The position numbers and the translations under genes were made by a program. Below are positions 51,218 through 60,523 of a stretch of DNA of 64,000 bases, in pieces; within the stretch, counting starts at the first letter, position 1; every line of letters starts with the position of its first letter. Origin of the DNA: Parasphingorhabdus sp. (lineage in GTDB: Bacteria > Pseudomonadota > Alphaproteobacteria > Sphingomonadales > Sphingomonadaceae); the NCBI RefSeq assembly GCF_965233695.1, contig NZ_OZ247497.1, positions 2,495,277 to 2,559,276 on the forward strand. The letters run 5' to 3'. The notes under the pieces were generated by a model. That model worked only from the letters and a program-made list of their open reading frames with translations, ran no database searches and was not told the DNA's origin.

Positions 51218-51504
51218 TCTGCGCCCGTCAGATCACCGATAATGGTTTTGACAATCGCGCCAGTGCGTTGATCCAACCGGCTCTGCAGCGTTTCATCGGG
51301 CTGATAATTTTCAACCGCCTCTGTAACGTCGATGCCTTTGTCCGCCAGTATTTTTTCCAGCACCATCTGCCGGTCGGTCAGCACGCAGATTTCCCGGGTC
51401 AGACTGATCAGGGCCCGACCGAGATTGTCGACTTGTTCGGGATGCAGCAGCTTGCCTTCGGGGAAGTTAAAGCTGGTAGGCGTGTCGCGATCCGGACCGC
51501 TCAT
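51214..51504 (-). CDS. Small hypothetical helical protein
   Basis: 4-bp overlaps with both neighbours; DNLGRALISLTREICVLTDRQMVLE. Confidence 0.75.
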   Translation of the reverse strand: MSGPDRDTPTSFNFPEGKLLHPEQVDNLGRALISLTREICVLTDRQMVLEKILADKGIDVTEAVENYQPDETLQSRLDQRTGAIVKTIIGDLTGAE

Positions 51505-52541
51505 GCCGGTTTGCGCCCTTTAACGACATGCGGATACATGCCGTCGGCACTGACATCTACAAAGCCTACTTTTCTGGCGATTTCGGCCAGGTCAAGGCTG
51601 GCGGTTTCGCGCCAGAAGGGCTCACCGCCATATTTGGCACTGCGATCGGCTTTCCATACGCTCAGCTTGTCCAGATCGGCATAGCGGGTGGCATCCGACA
51701 TGATCATGTCGCCGCCGGGTTCGAGCACGCGGAAGGCTTCCGCAAAAACCTGCTCGACGACGTCAGCAGGAATTTCGTGGATCAGGATATAGGACGCGAC
51801 AAGATCAAAGCTGGCATCCTCAAAATCTGTATTTTCGGCCGCCCGCTGATAGAGTTTCCAGTTCCAGCCATTGGCATTGGCCGTGCGATGGGCATGTTCC
51901 AGCATCCGCGCTGACAATTCGACACCGGTAATCTGTGCATCCGGATAGGTTTTGGCGAGCGCGGTGGTGAAGTGCCCGCTCGAACAACCCATGTCGAGTA
52001 TCCGCTCATAGCTGTCCCGCGGGGCCATTTCCGCAACATTTTGCCTTTGCTTGAATATCCCACCAGGGAAGAAACGCGCGACCATTTTCTTGTGGATAAT
52101 TTCGCCATGGACATAGCCCATATGCTCATGCGCATCCCAGCCGCCCTCCGTGCGGTGAAAATGGACGCCCTCCCAATAAGCAGGAAGCTTAAGCTCCGGG
52201 TCAAGTACAAGGCTTGCCGGTCCCTTGGTGGTTGCATCCAGAACGGGCTGCAATTCCGGTTTGATTTCTTCAAAGGCTTCCCATGAAATCCGGCCATGGC
52301 TGCGGCTGTGCCAATCCCCCATCAGGCGCTGGGTCGCGAAAGCGGTGGAGTCCGACAACGCGTTGTCGATTGCCTCTTCCCGTTCATCCAGATCATCCGG
52401 CAAGTTATCAACGTCCAGTCGGTCGCTAATTTCAGACGTCACTTTTTGCGACACCGGCGCAGAAGCCACACCCAATTGCGCCAGAAAATCGAGCGAGGCG
52501 CGGCCACGTTGTTTTAACTTGGGATCTTGCAATTCCATCAT
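51501..52541 (-). CDS. Class I SAM-dependent methyltransferase with N-terminal extension
   Basis: ILDMGCSSG, ITGVELS, SFDLVASYILIHE, LEPGG. Confidence 0.88.
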   Translation of the reverse strand: MMELQDPKLKQRGRASLDFLAQLGVASAPVSQKVTSEISDRLDVDNLPDDLDEREEAIDNALSDSTAFATQRLMGDWHSRSHGRISWEAFEEIKPELQPVLDATTKGPASLVLDPELKLPAYWEGVHFHRTEGGWDAHEHMGYVHGEIIHKKMVARFFPGGIFKQRQNVAEMAPRDSYERILDMGCSSGHFTTALAKTYPDAQITGVELSARMLEHAHRTANANGWNWKLYQRAAENTDFEDASFDLVASYILIHEIPADVVEQVFAEAFRVLEPGGDMIMSDATRYADLDKLSVWKADRSAKYGGEPFWRETASLDLAEIARKVGFVDVSADGMYPHVVKGRKPA

Positions 52542-53965
52542 GATTTCTCCTGTTTATTCGCTTCATTTTGGGCACTGTTCTGTGCGCCGGAAGCCTGCAA
52601 TTCCTGTTCGGTTAACTTATAGCCCGATAAAATCCAGATGGCGACGAGCCCAAATAGGGCAGGGAGCCAGCTCACTGAAAATAGCAGGGCGGTGTCGACA
52701 TTGCCACCTTGCGGCACGTCAAAGGGCAGCTTGTTGTTAAACCCGGCGAAGGACAGCGCGAAGCCCACGATCAGCGGGCCGACCGCGCCGGTCAGCTTCT
52801 CCACGAAACTATATAGCGCAGTAAATGCGCCCTCGCGCCGCACGCCGGTGCGGTTGGCATCGGCATTGATGATATCGGTCAGCATCGACATCGCCATGAC
52901 CACATTACCGGTAAACGCAATCCCGACGAATGCGGCGCGCACCACGATTGACCATAAAGGCTCGCCCTCGCTGGCCAGGGACCAGCTCAGCGCGTATAAA
53001 ATATTGACGCCGGCCGCCAGATAATAGGCGTTCTTTTTCCCGTATCGCTGGGAGAATTTCACGAGCAGCGGCGCGAAGATAATCGTCGAAATTGTCACTG
53101 TCGTCCCGAAGATCGCCAGAATGTTGAAATCCCGGCCAAGGCTTTGGACGAAAAAATAGGCAAAAGCGGCGCCTGCGGTTTGCACGCCCATCAGTTGTGC
53201 AAATTTCACGCTAATCAGGCGCAGAAAATGCTTGTTGCTGCGGACCGCGTTAAATTCTTGTACCACTTGAGCTGCGTTGCTTTTGGTGCTTTTCTGCGCG
53301 CCCTGCGTGAACCGGGCAGAAGAGGTAGTGAAATAGGCGATCATGGTGCTGATCAGGATGAGTACCGCACAACCGACGCCGACAATGGCATAGCTTGATG
53401 GTTCGGTTTTGCCGAGTGCTTCGAGTACCACCTTCACTCCGGCTGTTGCCACGAAAGAACCGAGCGAGATAAAAACCATGCGATAGGCATGGATCGAGGA
53501 GCGTTCATGATAATTATCGGTCATTTCCGCCGGCATCGACATATAGGGAATATTGTAGATCGTGTAGGCGATGGCGTAAAAGCTCAGGACTATGAAAATG
53601 TAAAAGGCCGTCAGATACTGGTTCTCGAATGACGGCGAGGTAAAGATCAGAGCAAAGCTGATCGCGCCGGTAATCGAGCCCCAGAACAGAAAGGGCCTGC
53701 GCCGTCCCTTGGCCGATTCAAATCGGTCGCTCCACACGCCAACGATCGGATCTGTAACAACGTCAATCAGTTTGGCCAGAAATATGACAAGCCCGGCAAG
53801 CCACGGCTCGATTTGCAAAATACTGGCCGTGAACAGCAGGATCAGGCCGGAAACACCATTCATCAGCAGCGCGACGCCAAATGCACCGGAGCCCCAGCCG
53901 AGTTTCAGGGAAGCGGGAAGAGCCTGTTTGGTCCTGACGTCGGATGCTTCGGCTAAGGTGGCCAT
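52538..53965 (-). CDS. MFS transporter, GPH/MelB-like
   Basis: DVVTDPIVGVWSDR, GRRRPF, IPYMSMPAEMT, RREGAF. Confidence 0.88.
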   Translation of the reverse strand: MATLAEASDVRTKQALPASLKLGWGSGAFGVALLMNGVSGLILLFTASILQIEPWLAGLVIFLAKLIDVVTDPIVGVWSDRFESAKGRRRPFLFWGSITGAISFALIFTSPSFENQYLTAFYIFIVLSFYAIAYTIYNIPYMSMPAEMTDNYHERSSIHAYRMVFISLGSFVATAGVKVVLEALGKTEPSSYAIVGVGCAVLILISTMIAYFTTSSARFTQGAQKSTKSNAAQVVQEFNAVRSNKHFLRLISVKFAQLMGVQTAGAAFAYFFVQSLGRDFNILAIFGTTVTISTIIFAPLLVKFSQRYGKKNAYYLAAGVNILYALSWSLASEGEPLWSIVVRAAFVGIAFTGNVVMAMSMLTDIINADANRTGVRREGAFTALYSFVEKLTGAVGPLIVGFALSFAGFNNKLPFDVPQGGNVDTALLFSVSWLPALFGLVAIWILSGYKLTEQELQASGAQNSAQNEANKQEKS

Positions 53966-53971
53966 GAACTG

Positions 53972-55261
53972 CTATTTCCCTTCTTGCGGCACGGGTTGCG
54001 GTTCGTCAGGCCCCCGCTTGATCGCATTGATAACAAGATTGGGAATGTAGCTGTTGTCCCATGGCTTGTCTTTCGGTGGACGGTCGCCTGTTCGCACAAT
54101 GATCAATCTTTGCGAGGGGACAATATAGACCACCTGATTGCCATTGCCGTCAAACAGGAACAGATCCCTGTCGGCATAGGGCTCGCTGTGCAGCGTTTTG
54201 CCGGCTTCCATTGACGGATGCAGCGGCCCGCGGCTTTCGACATAGTCACCGGCAACCCAGACGCCGAGGCCGGCATGCGGATTTTCTTTGGTCGGGGTTC
54301 GCATGGCATTGACATAGCCATCCGGAAGCAGTCTTTCGCCCTCCCAGACCCCGTCATTCAGCAACAAAATACCCAGCCTGACCCATGTTTGCCCGGGCAG
54401 TTGAATGCAGCATCCGGCATGGGCAACACCACCGGGCCGGTTGACCCAGACCGTCCCACCCTGAGCGCCAATGGGGATCAGCAACGCGTCGCTGACATAA
54501 TCGTGATAGCGTTGTCCGGTCGCGCGCTCGATAACCGGCGCGACCAGTTCGGAATTGGCATTGGCATATTCGTACCGGCTGCCCGGTTCGTTCACCAGGG
54601 GATATTCATTGATGATCACTTCGTCATGGCGGGGGTGGAGATAGGCGCGGTTCAGCACATTTTCCGGGCCGCCTCCAAAACCCTGCGGCAACAACCCGCT
54701 GCGCATGTCGAGCAGGTGGCGGATCAGGATTTTGGATTTGCCGGGATCGCTTTTCCATTCGGTGATGAAGTCTGCAACCGGCTGGTCGAGCGATTTAATA
54801 TGCCCCTGCTGGATAGCGCGGCCGACGATGATCGCGGTCAATGGCTTGGCCAGCGATTTCGCATTGATGAGATAATCGCGATCCGCCTCGCCAAAATAGC
54901 TTTCCTGGACCAGCGCCCCGTCATGCCAGACCAGAAAGGCGGAACTGTTGCGCTCCCGGGCAAATTGCTCTGCCTTTTGCAGGGGCGATGCATCGATGCG
55001 TGCTGGTCCTACCGGTAGCGGCTGATAGGGCGACGCGCCGCGGACCGGCTCCAGCGGGTCGTAGGCGGGCAGGCCGCCACCGGCGATGGCGGCCTTCTGT
55101 TGTGCTTCGTAACGCTGCATGTAGAGCGCTTCGTCGGCCGCGCCGGTGCTTGCGGCGCTATCAGGCGGTGCGGCTGCTCCAACTTCCGTGTTCATGGTGC
55201 ATCCGCCAATCGCCATGGCAAGCGGCAGGATGAAGTGCGCGGTTCTAGTCCATAAGGTCAA
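53972..55261 (-). CDS. Serine hydrolase lipoprotein (beta-lactamase fold)
   Basis: TTG start at 55261 after AAGGGA gives the signal peptide MTLWTRTAHFILPLAMAIGGC; SxxK (SLAK); YAN; GNGNQ. Confidence 0.85.
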   Translation of the reverse strand: MTLWTRTAHFILPLAMAIGGCTMNTEVGAAAPPDSAASTGAADEALYMQRYEAQQKAAIAGGGLPAYDPLEPVRGASPYQPLPVGPARIDASPLQKAEQFARERNSSAFLVWHDGALVQESYFGEADRDYLINAKSLAKPLTAIIVGRAIQQGHIKSLDQPVADFITEWKSDPGKSKILIRHLLDMRSGLLPQGFGGGPENVLNRAYLHPRHDEVIINEYPLVNEPGSRYEYANANSELVAPVIERATGQRYHDYVSDALLIPIGAQGGTVWVNRPGGVAHAGCCIQLPGQTWVRLGILLLNDGVWEGERLLPDGYVNAMRTPTKENPHAGLGVWVAGDYVESRGPLHPSMEAGKTLHSEPYADRDLFLFDGNGNQVVYIVPSQRLIIVRTGDRPPKDKPWDNSYIPNLVINAIKRGPDEPQPVPQEGK

Positions 55262-56228
55262 CGGTAATCCCCTTGTTTTCGGCCTCGGCCATCCGCCAGA
55301 TCGCATGCGCGGCGGCGAGATCCTGCGAGGCGACACCGAGTGATTTGTACATCGTAATCTGGTCATCATTCTGACGGTCTGGAGCGTTGCCATTGATCAC
55401 TTCGCCGATTTCACCGACAATATGAGCATCCGTTATAACACCCCGCTCAATCGCACCGAGCAATTCACCGGCTGCTGCCATCGCTGCGTCACGATAGTCG
55501 ACGTAGAAGCGTGATTTGGAAACTGCTCCGTCATCAACTTCAGCAGTCGTGGGAATGGCGGAGCCGACGAGATTAATATGCTGGCCGGCCTTTAAATCGG
55601 CTGCAAACAGAACTGCCGTCTTGGCAGAAGTGGTGGTGCAGATAATGTCCGCATCCGCCGCGGTCTCGGCGACCGTTTTCCACGCAATCGTCTCTACGCC
55701 GGTCTCATCAGCTACCTTGGCGGCAAAGGCACTGGCGCGCTCTGTATCACGGCCCCAGACATTGATATTATCAATGTCCCGCACCGCCCGCATGGCATGC
55801 ACATGGCGCATAGCCTGTTCGCCGTTGCCGATAATCGCCAGTCTGGTTGCGTTCTTGCGCGCCAGAATGTCCGTTGCGAGCGCGCTTGCTGCGGAGGTCC
55901 GGATCGCAGTTAGCGAGGACCCCTCGATCATCGCCAGCGGAATGCCCTTGACGCTATCAAATAGCATCACCATCCCGACATGGGTGCCGAGCGGGTCGTC
56001 ATGCGGGCGATCATATTTGCAAACCAGCTTGATACCAAAGCAAGCGGGTTCTCCCAATGTACCGGGCATGATAGCCAGTTTTCCGGGCGCATCGGGGATC
56101 GGCATGAATTGCCGGATCGGAAGGGAGACGTTGCGGCGGGAGGTCGCGGACATCGCTTGTCGCATAACGTCGACACAGGGCCTAACCGGCAAAAGCCGCT
56201 CAACATCGGATTGAGTAACAATCCGCAT
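55245..56228 (-). CDS. Ornithine cyclodeaminase / mu-crystallin family protein (imine reductase-like)
   Basis: GIKLV, LTAIRTSAASA, IIGNGEQA, ADIICTTT, YKSLGVASQDL. Confidence 0.9.
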   Translation of the reverse strand: MRIVTQSDVERLLPVRPCVDVMRQAMSATSRRNVSLPIRQFMPIPDAPGKLAIMPGTLGEPACFGIKLVCKYDRPHDDPLGTHVGMVMLFDSVKGIPLAMIEGSSLTAIRTSAASALATDILARKNATRLAIIGNGEQAMRHVHAMRAVRDIDNINVWGRDTERASAFAAKVADETGVETIAWKTVAETAADADIICTTTSAKTAVLFAADLKAGQHINLVGSAIPTTAEVDDGAVSKSRFYVDYRDAAMAAAGELLGAIERGVITDAHIVGEIGEVINGNAPDRQNDDQITMYKSLGVASQDLAAAHAIWRMAEAENKGITVDLMD

Positions 56229-56728
56229 CAGCCCGGATTTCTTGGCGGCAGGAACCGCATCTTGTCCATCACCTCCTGGACATTGTCGGGCCGGTCAAAT
56301 GGTTCCGGCATAGCGTCACCCGGTTTGCGGTCCTTGCCAATGGCATAGAACCAGTCTTCCAGTCCGGGCGGGAAGAAGACCCAGAACATTTTCATGTCGA
56401 TATCGCCGGTATTCTTGATCCAGTGGGTGCAGTTGCGGGCAAACAGGATTGTCGTTCCGGGAACGAATTTTGACACTTTGCCATCAATATCGACCTCACC
56501 CGTTCCTTCATAAACAAAAACCAGTTCGTGATTTTGTTTATGACCATGCTCGCGCACCATACAGCCGGGCGGCAATAACTGAATCCCGCTGGAAAAGGTG
56601 TCATAAGGCATGTTGTCGGGCGTGAGATTGACATCGACATAGCCGCGCGAGGGCATGGGTTGCCATAGGGAACGACCTTCATCGGGCCCGACAATGACCG
56701 ATTGTCCCTTGGTGATGTCGTCCGCCAT
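56228..56728 (-). CDS. Cupin-domain protein
   Basis: REHGHKQNHE motif 1; ARNCTHWIKN motif 2. Confidence 0.85.
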   Translation of the reverse strand: MADDITKGQSVIVGPDEGRSLWQPMPSRGYVDVNLTPDNMPYDTFSSGIQLLPPGCMVREHGHKQNHELVFVYEGTGEVDIDGKVSKFVPGTTILFARNCTHWIKNTGDIDMKMFWVFFPPGLEDWFYAIGKDRKPGDAMPEPFDRPDNVQEVMDKMRFLPPRNPG

Positions 56729-56737
56729 GACAGCCTC

Positions 56738-57547
56738 CTATTGCGCCAAGAATTCCAGTACGCGTTTGTTATAGATCTCGGTCGATACAATCGGGCTGAA
56801 GTGCCCGCCGCGGTCGAGCAGGTGGGTCTCCGCTCCCTGGATCAAATCGCCCATTTCCTGGGTAAAACCGGGCGGTGTGATTTGATCATCCATGGACCCG
56901 ATGCATAATGTCGGTGTGGCAATCTCATGCAGACGGCTGCGCAAGTCATGCGTGTAGACTGCGTTAATTCGCGACAATTCCACTTCCAATCCCGGAAATG
57001 CCGCAAGCCGTTCTTCCATAAAAGCTCGTGCCGATGTCATTTGCGGCTGCAAATGAGAACTCGGCATGGCGAGATAAGTGCCCATAGTGAGATAAGCGAG
57101 CGGCCCGCAGCTTATCAGTATCTCTCGCCGCGTCCGGAAAAGCTCGGTCAAATAAGTGTCAGGACCGGCCCAGCTGCATGAAAGCACGAGCTTTGTAAGC
57201 CGCGCCGGTTGATCAAGTGCGATATGCTGTCCGATTGCACCGCCAGTGGAATGGCCAACAAGGCTTGCTTTCTTGATCTCCATGGCATCCATCAATGCGA
57301 GCACATCTTGCGCCATATGTTCGGCACCATAGACAACCTTGTCGGGCGTGCTGTTACCGCAACCGCGATGGTCGAACGTGATAACCCGAAAATCTTTGGC
57401 AAAGTCCTGGACCTGATTGTTCCAGAAGGCTCCGCGCCCTCCTAGGCCGGCAACCAGCAAGAGGTCTGGCCCATTGCCGGTGATCTCGACGTGAATTTCC
57501 GCGTCACCGACATCAATGTGCTGTATATCGGTCGGGATCACACTCAT
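56738..57547 (-). CDS. Alpha/beta hydrolase, RutD-like, with Ser nucleophile
   Basis: ATG at 57547 overlaps the ALDH stop; GLGGRGAFW, FDHRGCG, GHSTGG, GGH. Confidence 0.85.
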   Translation of the reverse strand: MSVIPTDIQHIDVGDAEIHVEITGNGPDLLLVAGLGGRGAFWNNQVQDFAKDFRVITFDHRGCGNSTPDKVVYGAEHMAQDVLALMDAMEIKKASLVGHSTGGAIGQHIALDQPARLTKLVLSCSWAGPDTYLTELFRTRREILISCGPLAYLTMGTYLAMPSSHLQPQMTSARAFMEERLAAFPGLEVELSRINAVYTHDLRSRLHEIATPTLCIGSMDDQITPPGFTQEMGDLIQGAETHLLDRGGHFSPIVSTEIYNKRVLEFLAQ

Positions 57548-59025
57548 AGGGCAGTGAATACCGTTTTGGTGTTGAGGTAGTTTTCCAGGCCGTCTTTGCC
57601 GTTTTCCCGGCCAATGCCTGACTGTTTGTAACCACCGAGCGGCACATCCCAATCCGCTCCCATGACCGCGTTGATACACATGATACCGGCTTTGATCTTG
57701 CCGACCATACGGTGCGCGGTAGAGATATTTTGCGTCCATACGGCTCCGGCCAGACCGTATTGGGTGTCGTTGGCTAAGGCGAGCGCTTCTTCCTCAGTCT
57801 TGAAACTCTGAGCCACCACCACCGGGCCAAAGATTTCTTCCTGAACAATTTTCATGTCATTTCTGGTCTGATCGATAACCGTTGGCTCAAGGAAATAACC
57901 GCTTTCGCCATGACGCACGCCGCCCGATGCAATATGTGCACCTTCTTTTTGGCCTTGTTCGATATAGGCGCTGACCCGCTCGAACTGTTTGGCGGATACC
58001 AAGGGGCCCATGGTGCTCTCTTCATCCAGACCGTTGGTAAGATTCATCGATTTACCTACGGCGGCGATGCCATTGACAACTTCGTCCTTAATATCTTCAT
58101 GCACATAGATGCGTGAGGGTGCGGTACAGGTCTGACCGCTGTTGAAGAATATGCCCATGGCAGATGCTGGAATGGCTTTTTCAAGGTCCGCATCGGGCAT
58201 GATGATGTTGGGCGATTTTCCGCCAAGCTCCAGCGTGACTTTCGTCAGGTTCTCGGCCGCCGCATGGGCGATAATTTTGCCTGTTGTGGTAGAGCCGGTA
58301 AATGCAATTTTATCAATACCGGGATGATTGATCAGACTATTGCCAACCGTATGGCCGTATCCGGTCACGATATTCAATACGCCTTCGGGAAGACCCGCTT
58401 CCAATGCCAGTTCCCCCAAGCGCAGTGCAGAAAGCGATGTGTCTTCGGCCGGTTTCAATATGGCGGTACAACCAGCGGCCAATGCAGGACCAAGTTTCAT
58501 GGCCGCCATCACCAACGGGTAATTCCACGGTACAATCAGTGCAACTACACCAACAGGCTCCTTCAGCGTGTAGACGTGATGATCGCCCGGCAAATTTATG
58601 GTGTGGGTTGTTCCCTGAATTTTGTCGGCCCAGCCCGCATAATAGCGGAAGGCCCCGATGGAGGCAAAAACATCACCGCGGGCAAAGTTAATCGGCTTGC
58701 CATTATCGAGTGTTTCCAGCTGCGCCAGTTCTTCGGCATGCGCCTCCATCAAATCCGCGATCTTGTGAATTATGCGTGAGCGCTCGCCAGGCTTCATCTC
58801 CGGCCAGGCGCCGCTTTCAAATGCCTCTCGTGCGGTCGAAACGGCCTCGTCAATATCGGCATCGCTCGCATTGCCAATTCCGGAAATCCGATGGCCATCG
58901 GCAGGGTTTATGACGTCAATCAGCGCGTCACTGCCAGCGTCCTTCCACTGACCGCCAATTAGTAATTTCTGGTCCCTGGCGATGAATGATGTTGTTTCGG
59001 ATGCGAGGGTGATCACGGCCATCAA
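57544..59025 (-). CDS. NAD(+)-dependent aldehyde dehydrogenase
   Basis: PWNYP, KPAEDT, FTGS, LELGGKS, GQTCTA, EEIFGP. Confidence 0.95.
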   Translation of the reverse strand: MMAVITLASETTSFIARDQKLLIGGQWKDAGSDALIDVINPADGHRISGIGNASDADIDEAVSTAREAFESGAWPEMKPGERSRIIHKIADLMEAHAEELAQLETLDNGKPINFARGDVFASIGAFRYYAGWADKIQGTTHTINLPGDHHVYTLKEPVGVVALIVPWNYPLVMAAMKLGPALAAGCTAILKPAEDTSLSALRLGELALEAGLPEGVLNIVTGYGHTVGNSLINHPGIDKIAFTGSTTTGKIIAHAAAENLTKVTLELGGKSPNIIMPDADLEKAIPASAMGIFFNSGQTCTAPSRIYVHEDIKDEVVNGIAAVGKSMNLTNGLDEESTMGPLVSAKQFERVSAYIEQGQKEGAHIASGGVRHGESGYFLEPTVIDQTRNDMKIVQEEIFGPVVVAQSFKTEEEALALANDTQYGLAGAVWTQNISTAHRMVGKIKAGIMCINAVMGADWDVPLGGYKQSGIGRENGKDGLENYLNTKTVFTAL

Positions 59026-60410
59026 AAAGACTCCATTTCGGTTTTCTGTATCATTTTGCGATAGGGTTTGAGCGCGAAACAGACCAAAACCAAGCCAATA
59101 ATCATTGTGGCAGGTGGCGCGAGTGCTAGCGACTGATCAATGGCGGCGGGTGATCCGAAAACATAATCAGTCAACCACGCGACCAATAGCGGTCCGGCAG
59201 AATAGCCGAGCAAATTGGCAATCAGCAGATAGACGGCAATGACCTGCGCCCGCATGCGGTTGGGGGTGATCAACGGGAATGTTGCAACACCGGCTCCAAA
59301 GGGAACAGTTCCGAAGAACAAGACTAGGGCTAGCAGAGCCAGCGCAACCCATGGTGACGATACTAACGGAAAAGCTATTGCGAAGGGTAAAGCGCACAAT
59401 ATCGCGATGATCGGCAACCGCAAAGTAGCGTCCTTTATTCCGGAAGCCAGCATTTTCTCTGCTGCAAAACCGCCTGCGACAACGCCTGTGACGCCGCCAA
59501 ACATCACTACTGGTCCAAAAAATTGACCGACCTCCAATTGAGTCCATTCATGAACCCGAATGAAATAGCTTGGTGCCCATGCGCCGATACCAAACTGGGC
59601 CGCTGCAAAACAGGAGAAGCCGAAGAAAAGCGGAAAGAACACAAGGGCATTGCTACGGATAAAGCTCAATATTTCCAGAGCTGGCGGAGCGTCATCATCG
59701 GAAAGAACGACATTACCATCTTTGCGGGCGGGTTCGCGAATCAGCAACAGGCAAAAGAAAACCGGAACACTGAGTAGGGATACCGTAAAAAAAGTTATCT
59801 GCCACGGTTTGAACGTCCCGAAAGGCAGCGTTATCGGTCCTATCGCTTCCAATTGAGCGTAAAGATAACCGCCGATCACAAGAGCCAGACCCGATCCAAT
59901 AAAGCCCGTTCCGGTAAAAACACCGATAGCGGCGGGTAGTTTTTCTTTGGGAAAATAGTCGCTGATCATCGAAAAACCGGCAGGCGACAGGGTTGCCTCG
60001 CCGATCCCGACGAACATCCTTGCGAAAAATAGAAAAACAAAGCCCATGGCGAGGCCGCTGCCGAATGTTGCAGCAGACCAGCAGATGAGGCCGCCCAATA
60101 TTACCCATTTCCTGTTATATCGATCTGCGATCCAGGCCAGTGGAATAGCCATGACTGCGTAAAGCAACGCGAAGGAAAAGCCTTGCAACAAGCTGATCTG
60201 GACATCGGTAAGGCCAAGATCGATCTTGATCGGATCCACCAACAGATTGATAATTTGTCGATCAATATAACTTACAATTGCGGCAAAAGAGAGCGCTGCC
60301 ACGACCAACCAAGAACGCAAGGGGGAATGAGCGGTATCCTCTGGTGATACCGATGGAGTGGCTGGTTCCAAATCAATTGCAGGTGAAATTGAAGTCATTG
60401 GATGTGACAC
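59022..60410 (-). CDS. MFS transporter (spinster-like); start may be 60398
   Basis: SYIDRQIINLLVDPIK, ADRYNRK, ARMFVGIGEA, SMISDYFP. Confidence 0.9.
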   Translation of the reverse strand: MSHPMTSISPAIDLEPATPSVSPEDTAHSPLRSWLVVAALSFAAIVSYIDRQIINLLVDPIKIDLGLTDVQISLLQGFSFALLYAVMAIPLAWIADRYNRKWVILGGLICWSAATFGSGLAMGFVFLFFARMFVGIGEATLSPAGFSMISDYFPKEKLPAAIGVFTGTGFIGSGLALVIGGYLYAQLEAIGPITLPFGTFKPWQITFFTVSLLSVPVFFCLLLIREPARKDGNVVLSDDDAPPALEILSFIRSNALVFFPLFFGFSCFAAAQFGIGAWAPSYFIRVHEWTQLEVGQFFGPVVMFGGVTGVVAGGFAAEKMLASGIKDATLRLPIIAILCALPFAIAFPLVSSPWVALALLALVLFFGTVPFGAGVATFPLITPNRMRAQVIAVYLLIANLLGYSAGPLLVAWLTDYVFGSPAAIDQSLALAPPATMIIGLVLVCFALKPYRKMIQKTEMESF

Positions 60411-60450
60411 TATGATACTGTTGCCAAAAGCGCAGCATGAGATGCAGGTT

Positions 60451-60467
60451 TAACCGTCAGCCGGATA
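60451..60467. promoter_or_regulatory. Palindromic operator candidate, site 4 (one mismatch)
   Basis: TAACCG-TCAGC-CGGATA in the divergent MFS / oxidoreductase intergenic region. Confidence 0.55.
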
Positions 60468-60523
60468 AGAAGTTTTGCTGCCCTCGTCATTTCCCTCGCG
60501 CTATCGCACAAAAGGGAATGAAT

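Noticed and set aside
12176-57739. Long N-terminal extensions in the ORF track (12176, 21718, 22050, 23581, 26274, 35830, 55393, 57739)
   Set aside because: They overlap neighbouring genes, promoters or repeats. Downstream starts have clear RBSs, signal peptides or stop/start coupling, so the starts were trimmed.
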